The notes under the pieces were generated by a model. That model did no database searches and was not told the DNA's origin. It saw only the letters and a program-made list of their open reading frames with translations. Source: Marsupella aquatica (lineage: Eukaryota > Plantae > Marchantiophyta). From it: a DNA stretch of 64,000 bases. Location of the stretch: NCBI GenBank assembly GCA_973895155.1, contig OZ316892.1:18404357-18468356 (forward strand), written 5' to 3'. Numbering within the stretch: position 1 is the stretch's first letter; each line of letters begins with the position of its first letter. The position numbers and the translations under genes were made by a program. This document shows positions 11,701-28,977 of the stretch, piece by piece.

Positions 11701-13270
11701 CGTTATCAGCACTACCTCAACCACTGAGAGCAAGGCCATGAAAAAATTGATCCCGACTATGGTGAATTCGATATGAAGGCGAAATTCAACGAGGCAAATG
11801 AAAGAAATCGATAAGGACTTGAAGAGAATTCCGAATAGAGAAGAGACGAAATCGATAAGGACATCAAACAAAACGAAGAGGAGAGAGAGACCCTAGCGAA
11901 GAAAGTGAAGAAAGAGGAGCGCAGTTAATTATACGTTCAGAGAGGAAAAGCAAAAGCAGAAACTGCAGATCAAAACAGAAGAAGGAGAGCAGAATGCATC
12001 TGGACTGCTAAAGAAAGAGATAAGCCGAAACAAAAGTAAAAGAATCGCAGAGAAACTCACGAAAGGAGAGAGGAAACCCATAAGGACAACCGAGATTCAC
12101 CCTTGCAGTAAGGATTCCTATTAGGAGATACAAAAACAAAACAAGGAAGAGAACACTCGATAACACAATGTTGAACAGGCCCTGCGACAGAAGCGAAATT
12201 GATAAGAAGAAACTGAAATAGGGATTAGAAGTGACAACATTCAGACAATAACCGGAAGCGAGAATGGAAGGGATAGAAAGGAGAGATATCTTACGGAAAT
12301 CAGTGAAGGAGAATTGAGAAGGACCGGCCCTGGAAGGAAGTGCAAGTGTGATCAATTGAGGAAAAGAAGGATCAACCAGAAGCCGAGCGAAGAGAAGCAA
12401 AAACTGAAAAACAAAGCGCTCTAGAAGGAAGTTCGAAAGTCAAAGAAGAGCAACGATAAGGGCCACCTTCAGGCTGAGACGAGATCCTAAGGGAGATCGT
12501 GATCAAAGAAGCAGTAAAATAGAAGGCGAGACAAGATCAGATAGCACAACAACGAGGATGGCAGGCCCGATCTCCATAAGGACAACAACAAAGTGACCAG
12601 TGGAGAGAAAAGCAGACCCGACAAAGGAAAAATGAACCTGATCAAAGGAGCCCCGGGTGCAGGATGGCACGTCGACAAATCTCGCAACAAAAATGTCAAA
12701 ACGTCGAGAAAACCTCAAAAACACCCGCTAAGTGCATAACCCTCTTTAATTGCAAAATCTGTCAAAAAGATTTCAGATACAAAGGAAAAGTTGCACTTAA
12801 CCATAAACGCACATTTAAGTGCAAAATCCCTAAGCGCACAATCCGTCAAAAAAATCTCGCTTACAAAGGAAATGTTGCACTTAACCAAATAAGCGCACAT
12901 AACCGCAAAACCTTCATAACTGCATACTGTAACAAAGAAAACTTAACTTTACAAAGCCGCATGTGCACTTAACCAGGGCACGAGTAAATAATCACCCATA
13001 ACTGCATAAACTGCAAAACTCCATTACTGCATAATTTAACAAAGGAAAGAGCAAATACAAAGGAAACTTTGCAGTTAACCAAATAACAAGCAAAACCTAA
13101 ATCCTAAGTGCAAACCCTAAAATCGAATTCCAGATTTGCATGCCCTCTTCACCAAGACACACCCTGCATGCTGCATAAATGTGCTTTGTCGACTTTTACT
13201 ATATGTACTAGTACATACGCCCCAATTACCATTAAAAGGAACTTAGAAAGCTAGTGACATAGCAACCGAA

Positions 13271-16200
13271 ATGACCAACCTCGAGAAATTAACCTTTCCA
13301 GCCCTAGAAATTGATGGTAGCGATTACCTAGAATGGTCCATGAACCTCAAGGAGAACCTCACCTCGCTAACCTTACTCCCAGCTATAGGGATAGCTCAAT
13401 CCATACTAGCTGGCGAACCCCAACCAGACCCGTTAACCAAAGCCAATTAATCCAAGGCCCTAGTATTTCTTAGACGCCATATCCATAGGTTCTTGCAAAG
13501 ACAATACATGCATCTCTCAACCCCTCGTGAACTATGGACAGCGCTTCAGACCCGATTCGACCACCAAAAATTGGTCGAACTACCTAGAGCCAGGCAAGAC
13601 TGGCTAAACCTACGGGTCCAGGACCTTACATCTATTTCAACCTACAATAGTAAGCTCTTCAGGATCACTTCAACCCTTGCACTCTATGGCGAGCCAGTCA
13701 TCGACAAGGATCTGCTAGAAAAAACCTTGTCCACATTTCACTCTTCGAACGTGTTACTATCAACCCAGTACCGGAACATGAAGTTCGGGCAATACTCAGA
13801 GCTCATCGCCCACCTTCTAGTCACAGAAAGAAACCAAGAGCTTCTTTTAGTTAATTCTAGAAAATGCCCTGCGGGTACACTAGCCTCAGGATCACAAGGC
13901 GAAACCCATAATATAGAAAACGCTGAACCCTCCACATCAAGGCAGGGCATTAAGCGCACTAGGAATGGCAACCGGAGAAACACCCCCAACAGGGGGAGTT
14001 TCTTTAACCAATGTCCACAACATAATTTTTGACGGACCTTTAGAGGACGTGGAGGACATGAAGGACGTGAAGGACATGGGGGACATGGCGGATGTGGCGA
14101 ACGCGGAGGACGAGGTGGTGGGAGAACATATAACAACAACCATAGAAATGATTGATCACAATCACGACAACAACGGGAACGCCCGAAATGCCATGAATGC
14201 GGCATGACAAACCACCTAGCAAGAAACTATAGAATCCCGCAACACCTTAGAGCCCTATACCAACAATCACTCAAGGATGGACAAACCTCTAGGGTACCAC
14301 CCCGTGAGACCCACGGGGCGTTTATGGAGTCTAGCGACCCATTCCAAGACTTTACAGATCCACTTGTCCAACCCGAGGCACATTTAGTGGCGAGTAGCTC
14401 CACAACCCCAGATCTAAATAGCCCAAGCACATGCATTATTGACAGTGCGATCACGCATACTATCCTCCGGGATAGACACCTTTTCCACAAGATCACACCT
14501 TCACGTAGATCACTGACCACTATCAATGGCCCTAGCCAAATAGAAGAGGGCTTTGGCCCAGCTTCCATTAGACTCCCACAGGGTACAGAAATCCACATAG
14601 AATCTACTATTTTTGCCTTGAACGCAACCCGTAATCTCCTCAGTTTTAGAGATATACGAGCAAATGGACTCCACGTCCAGACAGGCGATACAAGAGACCA
14701 AGAAGTAATCCACTTGGTTGAAAATACCCCTACAGGGAAAATCATTAAAGAAACCCTTTTCTCGTACCCATGCGGGTTTAATGTAACTCAAATTGAATGT
14801 TTGCATAACAATGCACAACCAAGCAAATTGCCCGCGCTTTGGCATGCACGCCTCGGCCACCCCGGCCAATCCATGCTAAGCAAAATCATTAAGAATTCAA
14901 GAGGCATTCCAACCAATATACGCCACATTCCAGCTAACACCCCATGCACTGCATGCTCACACGGCAAATTAATAACAAGGCCCACGACATCAAAATTGCC
15001 AACCAAGATACCAAAATTCTTGGAAATCATACATGCGGACGTTTGCGGGCCAATTAACCCACCGAACGGACCTTTCCGCTACTTTATGGTATTAATCAAC
15101 GCATCAACTAAATGGTCAAATGTGACCCTGCTTTCAACGAGGAACATGGTTATGCCTCGCATCTTGGCACAAATATTGCGCGTGAAGGCACAATTCCCAA
15201 ATCACCCCATTAGGACACTAAGGGTGGACAATGCAGGAGAATTCACATCTGAAATATTTGATGACTTTTGTACATCACTTGGCATTGACGTACAATATCC
15301 TATACCCCACGTGCATTTCCAAAATGGATTAGCTGAAGCTGTCATTAAATGCCTTCAGCTAATTGCACGCCCGCTACTAATGCAGTCAAAACTCCCCGTC
15401 TCAGCATGGGGACATGCCATATTACAGGCTAATGCATTAATTCAATACCGCCCATCAGCTTTTAATACCTATAGCCCATACCAAATTGCTAACGGTATCA
15501 AACCCAATCTATCCCATCTTCGTTCATTTGGATGTCAAGTAATGGTCCCCATTACTCCACCCAAACGAACCAAGATGGGACCCCAATGACAGTTGGGGAT
15601 ATATATCGGATTCGACTCACCGTCCATCATCAGATATATGGAGCCTACAACGGGCGACGTTTTTAAATCCAGATTTCTAGATTGCCATTTTGATGAACAT
15701 GTTTATCCACCATTAATAACCCCTGAACACCCACAACCACCTTTGGAGTGGGAAAGACATTCGCCATTTTGGCAAGAACTTAGAACCAATCAAGGGGAGA
15801 AAGAAGTTCAACAAATTTTGCAACTCCACAAGATTGTGGAAGAACTTCCCGACGCTTTTGTCGATACATCACAAGTTAGCCGCTCACATATTCCAGCTAT
15901 GAGAGCATCTGCTCACATTGAATTATCAAGTGAGCCAGCAAGTACATCCGAGCCTCGTGCCAAACGTGGCAGACCCTTGGGATCAAAAGATAAACAACCA
16001 AGAAGGCGTGGTCCATCTATCCCTCCTTCACCTGATGTCGATCATACTGACTCTACAACTCATGAAGAGATCTCTATCCACTACGCACACACAGGTGCTA
16101 TGTGGGATAGAAATACTACTTCAATAAATGATGCTTTTGCATTAATGGTGGCAACCCATATCAATGATGATACACCTGAACCACTCTCCATCTTAGAATG

Positions 16201-17952
16201 CCAAAATAGACCAGATTGGCCTGAATGGCAAAAAGCTATCAATGGAGAATTAGATTCCCTACTAAGCAGACACAATTTTGGCCCAGTTGAGCCAACACCG
16301 CAAGACGTACACCTCATTGGCTACAAGTGGACCTTCGTCCGCAAAAAAAATGATAAATGCCAGGTTGTACGCTACAAAGCACGTCTGGTAGGGAAAGGAT
16401 TTACCCAACAACCGGGAATTCATTACGATGAAACTTACTCACCGGTTATGGATAGCACAACATTCCGATACCTTATCGGATTTGCCATTTTCCATAAACT
16501 TCAGATGCGACAACTGGATGTTGCGACCGCATACCTATATGGAACTTTAGACACTTGTCTATACATGCGATCACCTCCCGAGTTGGAGCAATGTCGCCGA
16601 GCTTTAGCTGAAGGCGCTACATCGCATATTCCATATTTACATAAGATTATAAACCAATTACCTCAAATTACATCTCATGTGTCATCTATACATATAACTC
16701 ATCACAATGATACCCCTATGTCAACCGTACGGAATACTCGCCGTGGACTAGCTATCCGCGTGTTGAAGGCATTATATGGCCTAAAATAAAGTGGCAGAGT
16801 ATGGTATCAAAGATTCACTGATGAAATGATTACCATGGGTTTTTCCCATGATGCAATTACCCCATGTTTATTTATTAAACATGTGGATGACGAATATGTC
16901 ATCGTTTCTATTTATGTCGATGACTTAAACATATTTGGGACACCCCACATAATTATAGAATATACTATTACTCGTCTTAAATCAACATTTGAGATGAAAG
17001 ACCTTGGACATACAAACTTCTGCTTAGGCTTACAACTGGAGATCTTACCTACTGGCATGATGCTCCATCAAACAACACAAACTGAAAAGATCCTAAAACA
17101 GTTCAATATGAACCTAGCACACCCATTGACATCACCAATGGTGGTACGTTCATTAGAAAACAATACTGACGTTTTTCGCAAGCACAAAGAACATGAACCA
17201 ATATTAGGACCATAAACTCCATATCTTTCTGCGATAGGAGCATTAATGTATTTAGCAAATCAAACCCGACCAGACATTGTATTTGCAGTTAACTTACGAG
17301 TTAACTTACTAGCTAGACACAGTGCAACTCCCACAGCTAGACACTGGAACGGAGTTAAGCACGTATTTAGGTATCTGCGTGGTACCATCGATACCGGGTT
17401 ATTTTACCCATTCGGTGCAAACCATGAACTCATAGGATATACGGACGCCGGATATCTTTCCGACACTAACACAGCAAAATCCCAAACCGGATATGTTTTT
17501 ACTATAGGGGGTACCGCTTTTCCTGGAAAAGCGTGAAACAAACCCTAATAGCAACCTCATCGAATCACTCAGAGATTTTAGCTCTACATGAGGCTAGTCG
17601 TGAAGCCGTTTGGTTACGATCTTTTATAAATCACATCAACACCAAATGCGGCCTACCAACACTAACAAAGCCTACTAACATCTTTGAGGATAACGCAGCA
17701 TGTATACAGCAGATCATGAAAGGATTCATCAAAAGCGATCGCGTGAAGCATATAGCTCCGAAGTTCTTCTACACCCACGAGTTACATGGAACAAAGATCA
17801 ACATTTTACCAATTTCAAGTGCAGACAACTGTGCGGATCTCTTCACCAAATCACTATCGCCATCCGTTCATCACCGACACTGCCAGGCGATTGGACTATG
17901 GAGCGTGCGACGCATGATGTCCATGGAGGCTACTGCTCCACATGATGATTGA
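13271..17952 (+). pseudogene. Copia gag-pol polyprotein, disrupted
   Basis: Starts MTNLEKLTFPALEIDGSDYLEW. RGG-rich tract; knuckle CHECGMTNHLARN(Y); PR CIIDSAITHTIL; INT WHARLGHPG, ADVCGP, DNAGEF; RT YKARLV, IYVDDL; RH GYTDAGY. One reading frame with stops at about 13448, 14030, 14153, 15587, 16787 and 17213, and a frameshift near 17520. Confidence 0.95.
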
Positions 17953-18278
17953 TGATGCCGACGACATGATGCTGACGACATGATGCTGATGACCTACTGT
18001 TGCGACAAATGTTAAAGCTAGATTTACTATAGCACCTGACTTTATTTAGTATTAACATTTATTACGACGAGGACTATTAGACTGCACTCTTTTTCCTTTA
18101 GCACTCATATTTTTTCTCTGCTACATTGGTAGAGTTTTTATTTAGCTAGAGTTGATAAAGGTTTTTTAACGAGGCAGTCTACCTCGCTTGTACTCATATC
18201 ATGTATTTCCTATGAACATGATATAATAGGTATAGTCTATGTTGTCTATATAGTTGTCACTATATAGCCAAAGGGGAG

Positions 18279-18384
18279 TGTTAGACTCTACCTCCTATTG
18301 ACCGGACCAGCCAGTCATCCAACATTACTACATGTACACACCTTTCCAGACTATACGACAGTTATTCATATTCTCATCATCACA
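18279..18384 (+). repeat. 3' LTR (106 bp)
   Basis: Direct repeat of 11595-11700, preceded by the PPT and followed by the TSD. Confidence 0.97.
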
Positions 18385-20217
18385 AATAATCATATATAAC
18401 ATACCATACTCTTTTCTATGTACATCCCTCTTTCTATGCATATATGGTATGGTAAATAAGAATCATGACAAAAAATATACATGCTTGTCATTTGACATAT
18501 ATCATGGTCATGAGTTTTCCCATTCACACGATGAGCCTAGGCCCCAACTCTACAGTAGCTTGTAGTTGGTGCTTTATAAGTAACATTTGTATAGTCACAC
18601 CCTTATTAGTGTGTGTGTGATGTTATTTATGCAAGGAGACATATATAAATTATGATACTAATTAGAGTAAACAGTGTAGGTATCTGTAGTGCATGAAGGA
18701 TCAACCAATGAATCAATTCAATATAATTTGAATATAAGGTTAAAACATGTTCATATTCTAACAAAGGATGGGCAAGATTAAAAATAATAAATACAGACGT
18801 AAAGGAGGGGTCTCAAACAAGGAAATACAAACCATTAAGAGTGGGGTAAAAAAAATTCTAAAGTCCAAAAAAATACAAGGGATCATACACCTTGTCTAAA
18901 ATAAATTGAAATAAAAATACATCTAAAAAATCTTAGTAGGACAAAGTAACCTGAGTAGGCTCCTGAAAACAAGGTAACACCAGAAAATATTTTATTTTAA
19001 CATGATGTCAGTTTCATATTTGTAGGTTTTTGATCTAGGTACACTACTCACCGCCATTAGTCTTATGTCACAAACAGTGTTTCACTCAATTGATGTTAGT
19101 AAGTCAAAATCAAGTGATCAAATTAAGAGGTGTTTTGACAAGAAAATAACAGTAATTGTAAATCATTTGTAACTTTAAATAGTATTGTGGTTTAAAGATT
19201 TATGAATTATTTTTCACATTAAAGGATAGCGGTGTATTGATTTGCTCTGTTCATTTGTATGATGAACAAAAACCTTGATTGACTTGTCCATTTTGCAATG
19301 GGAATTCACAATAACCCTAAAATATAATTTCCTATCACAAATGATGCTTCGCAGACACAATGAATTAATATTATCTAAACAGTTTAATTACTAATAACCA
19401 CATTCTATTTATGCGTTTGTAAATAGTGTCACTCCAAATAACATCAGGAAGCCTACATCTTGAGAGATCCAAATCTCAAGCAGTCACCCAAATAGAATTA
19501 GTAGGCAGGTTATTAATTATGATCATTTTGGGGTACAGTAAAGTGAAGAAAAAATGTTTCAGGTTAAGAGGTTGTAAGTCTAAAGGAAATTTAGCCACTA
19601 TTTACTAAAACGAGTACAGAACAGAGTGGAATCTGTTGTTACTTTATGGCAAATAATGTCTGGGCCACACCCCATACCGGAAATTCAATTGCGGATCAGA
19701 TCCCAAACTTTACATCAGTTTGTAACACAGCTTTTATTCATAAAAAACTACCACAATGATTGCTCAGATTCTGTGCCCAATCCAAGTGGGAGGAACCCTA
19801 CTTAAGACAAACTGTTCAAGCTCTTGAGATCCGATTTCCCTCCAACAAGATCGCGCTACACACTGAAGCTACAGGAATGTAACGGAAATATGTCAGCAGA
19901 GTTATAAGAGGTCCTGGGTTTTGGGGTTGCATTTGCCTCTTGTTTAGTGTTTGTCCTATCTGGACCTCTTTTTCTTTCCTTTCTTTGTACTTTTTAGTAT
20001 AAATTATGGCCCTTTCTCCCCCAGTTGAAACCAGAATCAAATGTAAAGGAAAGCACTCCCATTAGTGCACTGTCCCACATGATAATACGAGGGCTTTCAG
20101 TCCGAGTGATTTACAGTTTGGGAGTATGCTGCGGACAGAAAATTGAAGCCCAGATGGACTTCCACATTTGCCAAAAGAAGTGGATAGATTTTTGCCATCT
20201 GGATGGACTCCAGCAAA

Positions 20218-20388
20218 ATACTCTCTCTGCTCATACAGTACAGATTACACAAACTTTAGTGGGTCTATGAATGCATACTCTCTCTGCTCATATAGTACAG
20301 ATTACACAAACTTTAGTGGGTAGGAATGCATACTCTCTCTGCTCATATAGTACAGATTACACAAACTTTAGTGGGTCTATGAATGCAG
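20218..20388. repeat. Tandem repeat ~55-57 bp x3
   Basis: ATACTCTCTCTGCTCATATAGTACAGATTACACAAACTTTAGTGGGT repeated three times. Confidence 0.9.
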
Positions 20389-21064
20389 AGGACCAAAATT
20401 TCTGTACATGAATGGTGCTTTGATAACAAGACACCAAAAAGCAGTGGGACTTGATGGTAACAAGAACTTGAGATCCAAACATTGTTTCTCTTTAAGTTCG
20501 ATTTATTAAAATGAACCATGTCACTCTGTTCCAGACATTCCTTTCAGCATACTGAACATGTGCATGAACTCAATTTTGCTGTCTTTTGAGTTTTGAGCGA
20601 ATGCAGGCAGAGGAGCGAATGCAAGCAGTTGAGCTTATGTTGCTCACGGGTTACTGAATCTTTCTCGGCCTTTTGGCTAAGATCAAGTGTAGCAGTTTCC
20701 AAATTTCTTGTTTGGCTGCCTTCTTGGAGGCTCAGCTTCTTACCTGGTACCGGCTCCACCAATACAGGCACGTCGACATTGGGTCCTCCTGGGGTGGCCC
20801 CCCGTTCTGTATGCTGACTAATTGGATGGAATTCATTTGGCTTTTTCGAGGCAAAAATGAAAAGTGTAAACACACTTTACATGGCAGAGATGATAGCTTT
20901 TGCATTCACAAATCACAACCTTGCGTAGTTGCGTCTCTGGCTTGCTAGAGTCAGCCGCAATCCACTTGCCTGCCTGCTAAAGCGTGAAGATTCTTCCATG
21001 GTTTACGCAACTATAGACGTTTCCTCTCCCAAAGATTTTCCCCTGTTTTTCACTTTCCCGTTGT

Positions 21065-21460
21065 TCTTGGTGGGTTCAACACTCCTTATTTTATTGGGTT
21101 ACATCCAATACTCAGGGTGTTACCGTCAGATCTCTTGGAGGTGTTCAGTAAATTCGGTGTTCTAAAGTTTAGTTTAGTTTTTAGAAACGTCTTGTCACTT
21201 TCCCTTTGTTCGTTGTTGGATTCCCACTCTTAATTTATTGGCTTACATCCTATACTCAGGGTGTTACCGTCAGATCTCTTGGAGGTTTTCAGTATATTCG
21301 GTGTTCTAATTTTAGTTTAGCTGCGCCTTGTCTCTTTCTTTTTGTTCGTCGCTGGGTTCCCACTCTTATTTTAGTGGGTTACATCCCAGATTCAGAGTGT
21401 AAGCATCAGATGTCTTGTAAGTTTTGAGTAAATTCGGTGTACTAATTTTGGTTTCGTTTG
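21065..21460. repeat. Diverged tandem repeat ~135-145 bp x3
   Basis: Recurring CACTCTTATTTTA..GGGTTACATCC..ACTCAGGGTGTTACCGTCAGATCTCTTGGAGG..TTCGGTGTTCTAA. A single unit appears in the inverted paralog near 37050-37145. Confidence 0.75.
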
Positions 21461-22584
21461 TAGACACGTCTTTCATTTCAGGCTGGCTTTTGCCCATCGT
21501 CCCATGCTTCCATTCACCATTCAACCAAAAATGTACACGGAGGGAGAAGTGCTAGATTCATGGGAGAGAGTGCAAGTAGTCCATGACGCCAGTTGCCAAA
21601 TTCTATAATAGGTTGAAATATGCTACTGCTCGAGTCTCTGCAGCTCTTCTAGTTGCGGCCACTCTTTTGCCCCTTTCAATTCCGGGGAGGTGTCCATGCT
21701 TTGTACCTAATCAACCTAATCATTCACATTGAGGTTTTCTGGGTTGTTTGGCAGACTGACATTCAGTACTGGTCTACAGGGAGAAGCGGCGGTGTACACT
21801 ACGATGAAGAGCCACCCGCTGGAGTGCACCAGCAGTCCGCGACTGTGTGATGCAGCAGCAAAGTGCATCTGTTGGGCCTGATATTGCGGACAGGAAGAAT
21901 CTCCTCCACAACAACTGGGAGCACTGGAGCAGGAAAAGAATCCCTAATGTTGCTCTCCTATCCAGCTTTGCTTCTCGTAGATTCTATCCTAGCCCTTTCC
22001 AGAAATTCAACGCCGCTCATCCGAAAGCAAGCTTGTCTACTTTTTGAGGAGCACAGCTCAAGGTCCCACGTGTACCCAGACCGGAATCTCCATCAGTCAG
22101 TCCCGTCATTTGCTTTGAATCCTAGGAGCCAACCTACTGGAAGCTACTTTATGGACCTACAGGACCTCTACATACATCTCTTCCTCTCGATAGCAAGCAA
22201 TCAAGCATTTTGTCCTTTCGAATGTAGAACCCGAAAAATTTGGCTGATGAAGGATTCTCCCTTGACGTTGAAATTTTTCAACAAAAGTGTGTTTCCAAGG
22301 CTTTCCACAATTTCCCCTCACGCAGTATTTCCCTGTAGGCTCGTACAGTTTTTCCTCCGAGAGAGCTTCTTCTCACCTTCTTCTTCCTTAGACTCCTAAA
22401 GTTTGGGCCTATGAGGTGTGGTACCCTAGATCCCTACACTTTACTGGAATGGAATGTTTCCCTGTAGACTTTTTAAACTAGTGCACTGGATTGAAAAGTC
22501 CTGTAGCTGAGGAAAAGAAGCACCACAATTTCAATTGAGAGATTTGCCTCCAACTGCCCGGACGTAATGCTGGGAGGTGGAAGG

Positions 22585-22590
22585 TATAAA
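22585..22590 (+). promoter_or_regulatory. Putative TATA box of DUR3 copy 1
   Basis: GGTATAAAGCCC about 150 bp before the ATG; conserved at 43842 in copy 2. Confidence 0.6.
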
Positions 22591-22737
22591 GCCCAAGGGG
22601 CTCAGGTGGACCGAGTGTGGAATGAGTCGCCGTTGGAGGACTGAATCTTCTTCACCTCTCCTCTCCTGGTCTTCCTTGTCTCCCTTGTCTTCTCGGACGA
22701 CTCGTTGCGGAGAACATACTTGAGCAGTCTTCCCAAC

Positions 22738-26919
<4,182 letters not shown>

Positions 26920-27949
26920 GATTCTGGTGTTGGAGACAGCAATTTTGATTGATTCGCCACGATGTTCAGCTTCGTAGATTCGAGATAAGAGTACAGTGAA
27001 GTGCTGCAGAGGAAAATTAAGAGGCTTAGCTTTCACCAGAGGACAATTCCACGATGCAGACGCTGTGCATTTGGAGTGACCGCATTCCTGCACAAGTAGA
27101 TGGAAGGGAAAATTGAGGTGAGAGTCATAGAAATAGAGAGAATATGGGAGGAGTCTTGCGACACAGGTCTAATCTATTGTGCTATCTGCTGTAATCTATT
27201 GTGCACAGGTCTAATGCGCTGTACTATTCTGAAGAGTTTATTCTTTGTTTCTTGTACAAAAATCAATTGAGATTGCAATCATCAATTTCGTTTTGTATTC
27301 GCATCGAAGTTAAATTTGCTTCTCACTACCATATGGTTGTAGGCGTTCGATGCTCGATATATATAACTCAAGAGAAACATGCTTACTCTATCCACGTGAT
27401 TTAGATTGTGCAATGTTCAACCTTATTTTTCCCCTCAAAAGCCAAAATTGTCTGAATGTATGGTGGGGACTGGAATTCGACTTCCTTTAGCGTGGGGCAC
27501 CAGGTCTCAGCCCTGATTAAATTGACGTCCACATTCGTCACAAAACTGGATGAATTGGTTCCACCCAGCAATGCCTATCATTACCCCCCACACACGCCCC
27601 CCCCCCCCTGCATTTTCCACGTACAGTCCAAAAACTACACCCATACATAGTACGTCCCAACATAAATATCTGGAAAACGGGTGGGAAATGGTATGAGCAA
27701 TGGCCCATTTTCTGACTCAATTGTAAAGTAACGTGTATAGAAGGACGGATTGGCAACAATGTTGACCTCAAACCACCTGCAAAGTCTTCGGCATCATATG
27801 CAATAATTTAAGTGTGTCCAGATACAAAATGAAGTAATTTGCAAACACACAATCATAAACTTATTCAATGCAAAATGAAACAAGAGCAAATTTCCCATCG
27901 CACTGAAGCGGTTGGAGGGTGTAGTCGAGTAAAGTCTTAACCAAATCAT

Positions 27950-28810
27950 TAGTAAAATTCTCGTAAAATTGCCTGCGATTCTATTAGTGAATAAGTATCG
28001 AGTTTGAAATATACTCATAAAGTCATGCAGGTTCACAACGACAGATGAGTTTACATCCAGTTAATTATCGAGGCGAGGTGGACATTCCCTTGGCCGGACG
28101 AGAATTTGTTTTCTGGCCTTCACGACTTTTCATGAAACTTTGCTTGACAGCACTTCGATGTCGAACCAAAGTCCTAAAAAGCTCTTTCGTAGCATCTCGG
28201 AAAACTTATCTATGCTCCCTCCCTGTCTCCCTCCTTCACGTCTTTCTACTTCCCCAGCTTTTCACTCTAGGCTACCCTACTCTGGTATTCTGCCTGGGCA
28301 TTCTCAGCTCCATGACTTGAACTCTTCATCTCACCACTTCGTTCACTCAACAAGTGGGCTCGACAGATCCATGTCCACCAGTTGGAAATTATAAGAATAT
28401 AGGTTCTGTGACGTTTAAAATGATGTTTATTGCTGGAGAGAATCACAAGTACTGTACCAAAATATTTGGAAACCTTTCTAACACCAGAGTAGTATCGGAA
28501 ATGTTTTTGGAGTTAACCGTGAAGGCTATGCACTTCGAATGAAACCTTTCTAATTCAGGAAGGCATATTTGGCAAGGTGAACGGGCTATCTAGAAAGAAA
28601 AGTTCACGAGTTGCAATACTGTTAAGCCCTTAGATTAGAGAAATTGTACTCTGGAATTTACAACGTGGATGGAACGTGGTCGACAAATTCAAGTCTAATC
28701 ATAGTGCCCAGTCCGGAACCGCTGGGCTGAGAATGGCATTGGAAGACCACAAAAATAGCCATGGCGAACATCACCTGTGATGGCCTGGGATTAATACAAT
28801 TACACGCAAA
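27950..28810 (-). repeat. Inverted paralog of the 3' flank of DUR3 copy 2 (~48410-49240)
   Basis: For example, 28621 GTTAAGCCCTTAGATTAGAGAA is the reverse complement of ~48567-48588. GATCCATGTCCACCAGTT and AAATTCAAGTCTAATCATAG are also shared in inverted orientation. Confidence 0.85.
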
Positions 28811-28977
28811 TTCCACTCTGTTCATCCCTTTCAAGTGCTACATTACATCCCCTGAGCCCCAAAACCAGTAATCTTGATCTGACTGACCTCGGCTACAAAT
28901 CCAACTCTCATAATTTTCCTATAAGGGCAACTGCTGCGGCAGGAGGAACCAATCCACCGAATTTCGTATCCCCTTAA

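Larger units (their letters stand above)
11595..18384 (+). mobile_element. Full-length Ty1/copia LTR retrotransposon, Bianca-like lineage
   Basis: TG..CA LTRs at 11595-11700 and 18279-18384. TSD AATAA at 11590-11594 and 18385-18389. PBS CGTTATCAGCAC at 11701-11712. PPT AAAGGGGAG at 18270-18278. Domain order gag-PR-INT-RT-RH. Confidence 0.97.
11348..18562 (+). mobile_element. Non-autonomous Helitron-like repeat copy A, split by the copia insertion
   Basis: 11380-11594 and 18390-18562 align by eye with 33998-34320 and 35617-35653. TCTA-like start and CTTG|T end. Exact ends are uncertain. Confidence 0.45.
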
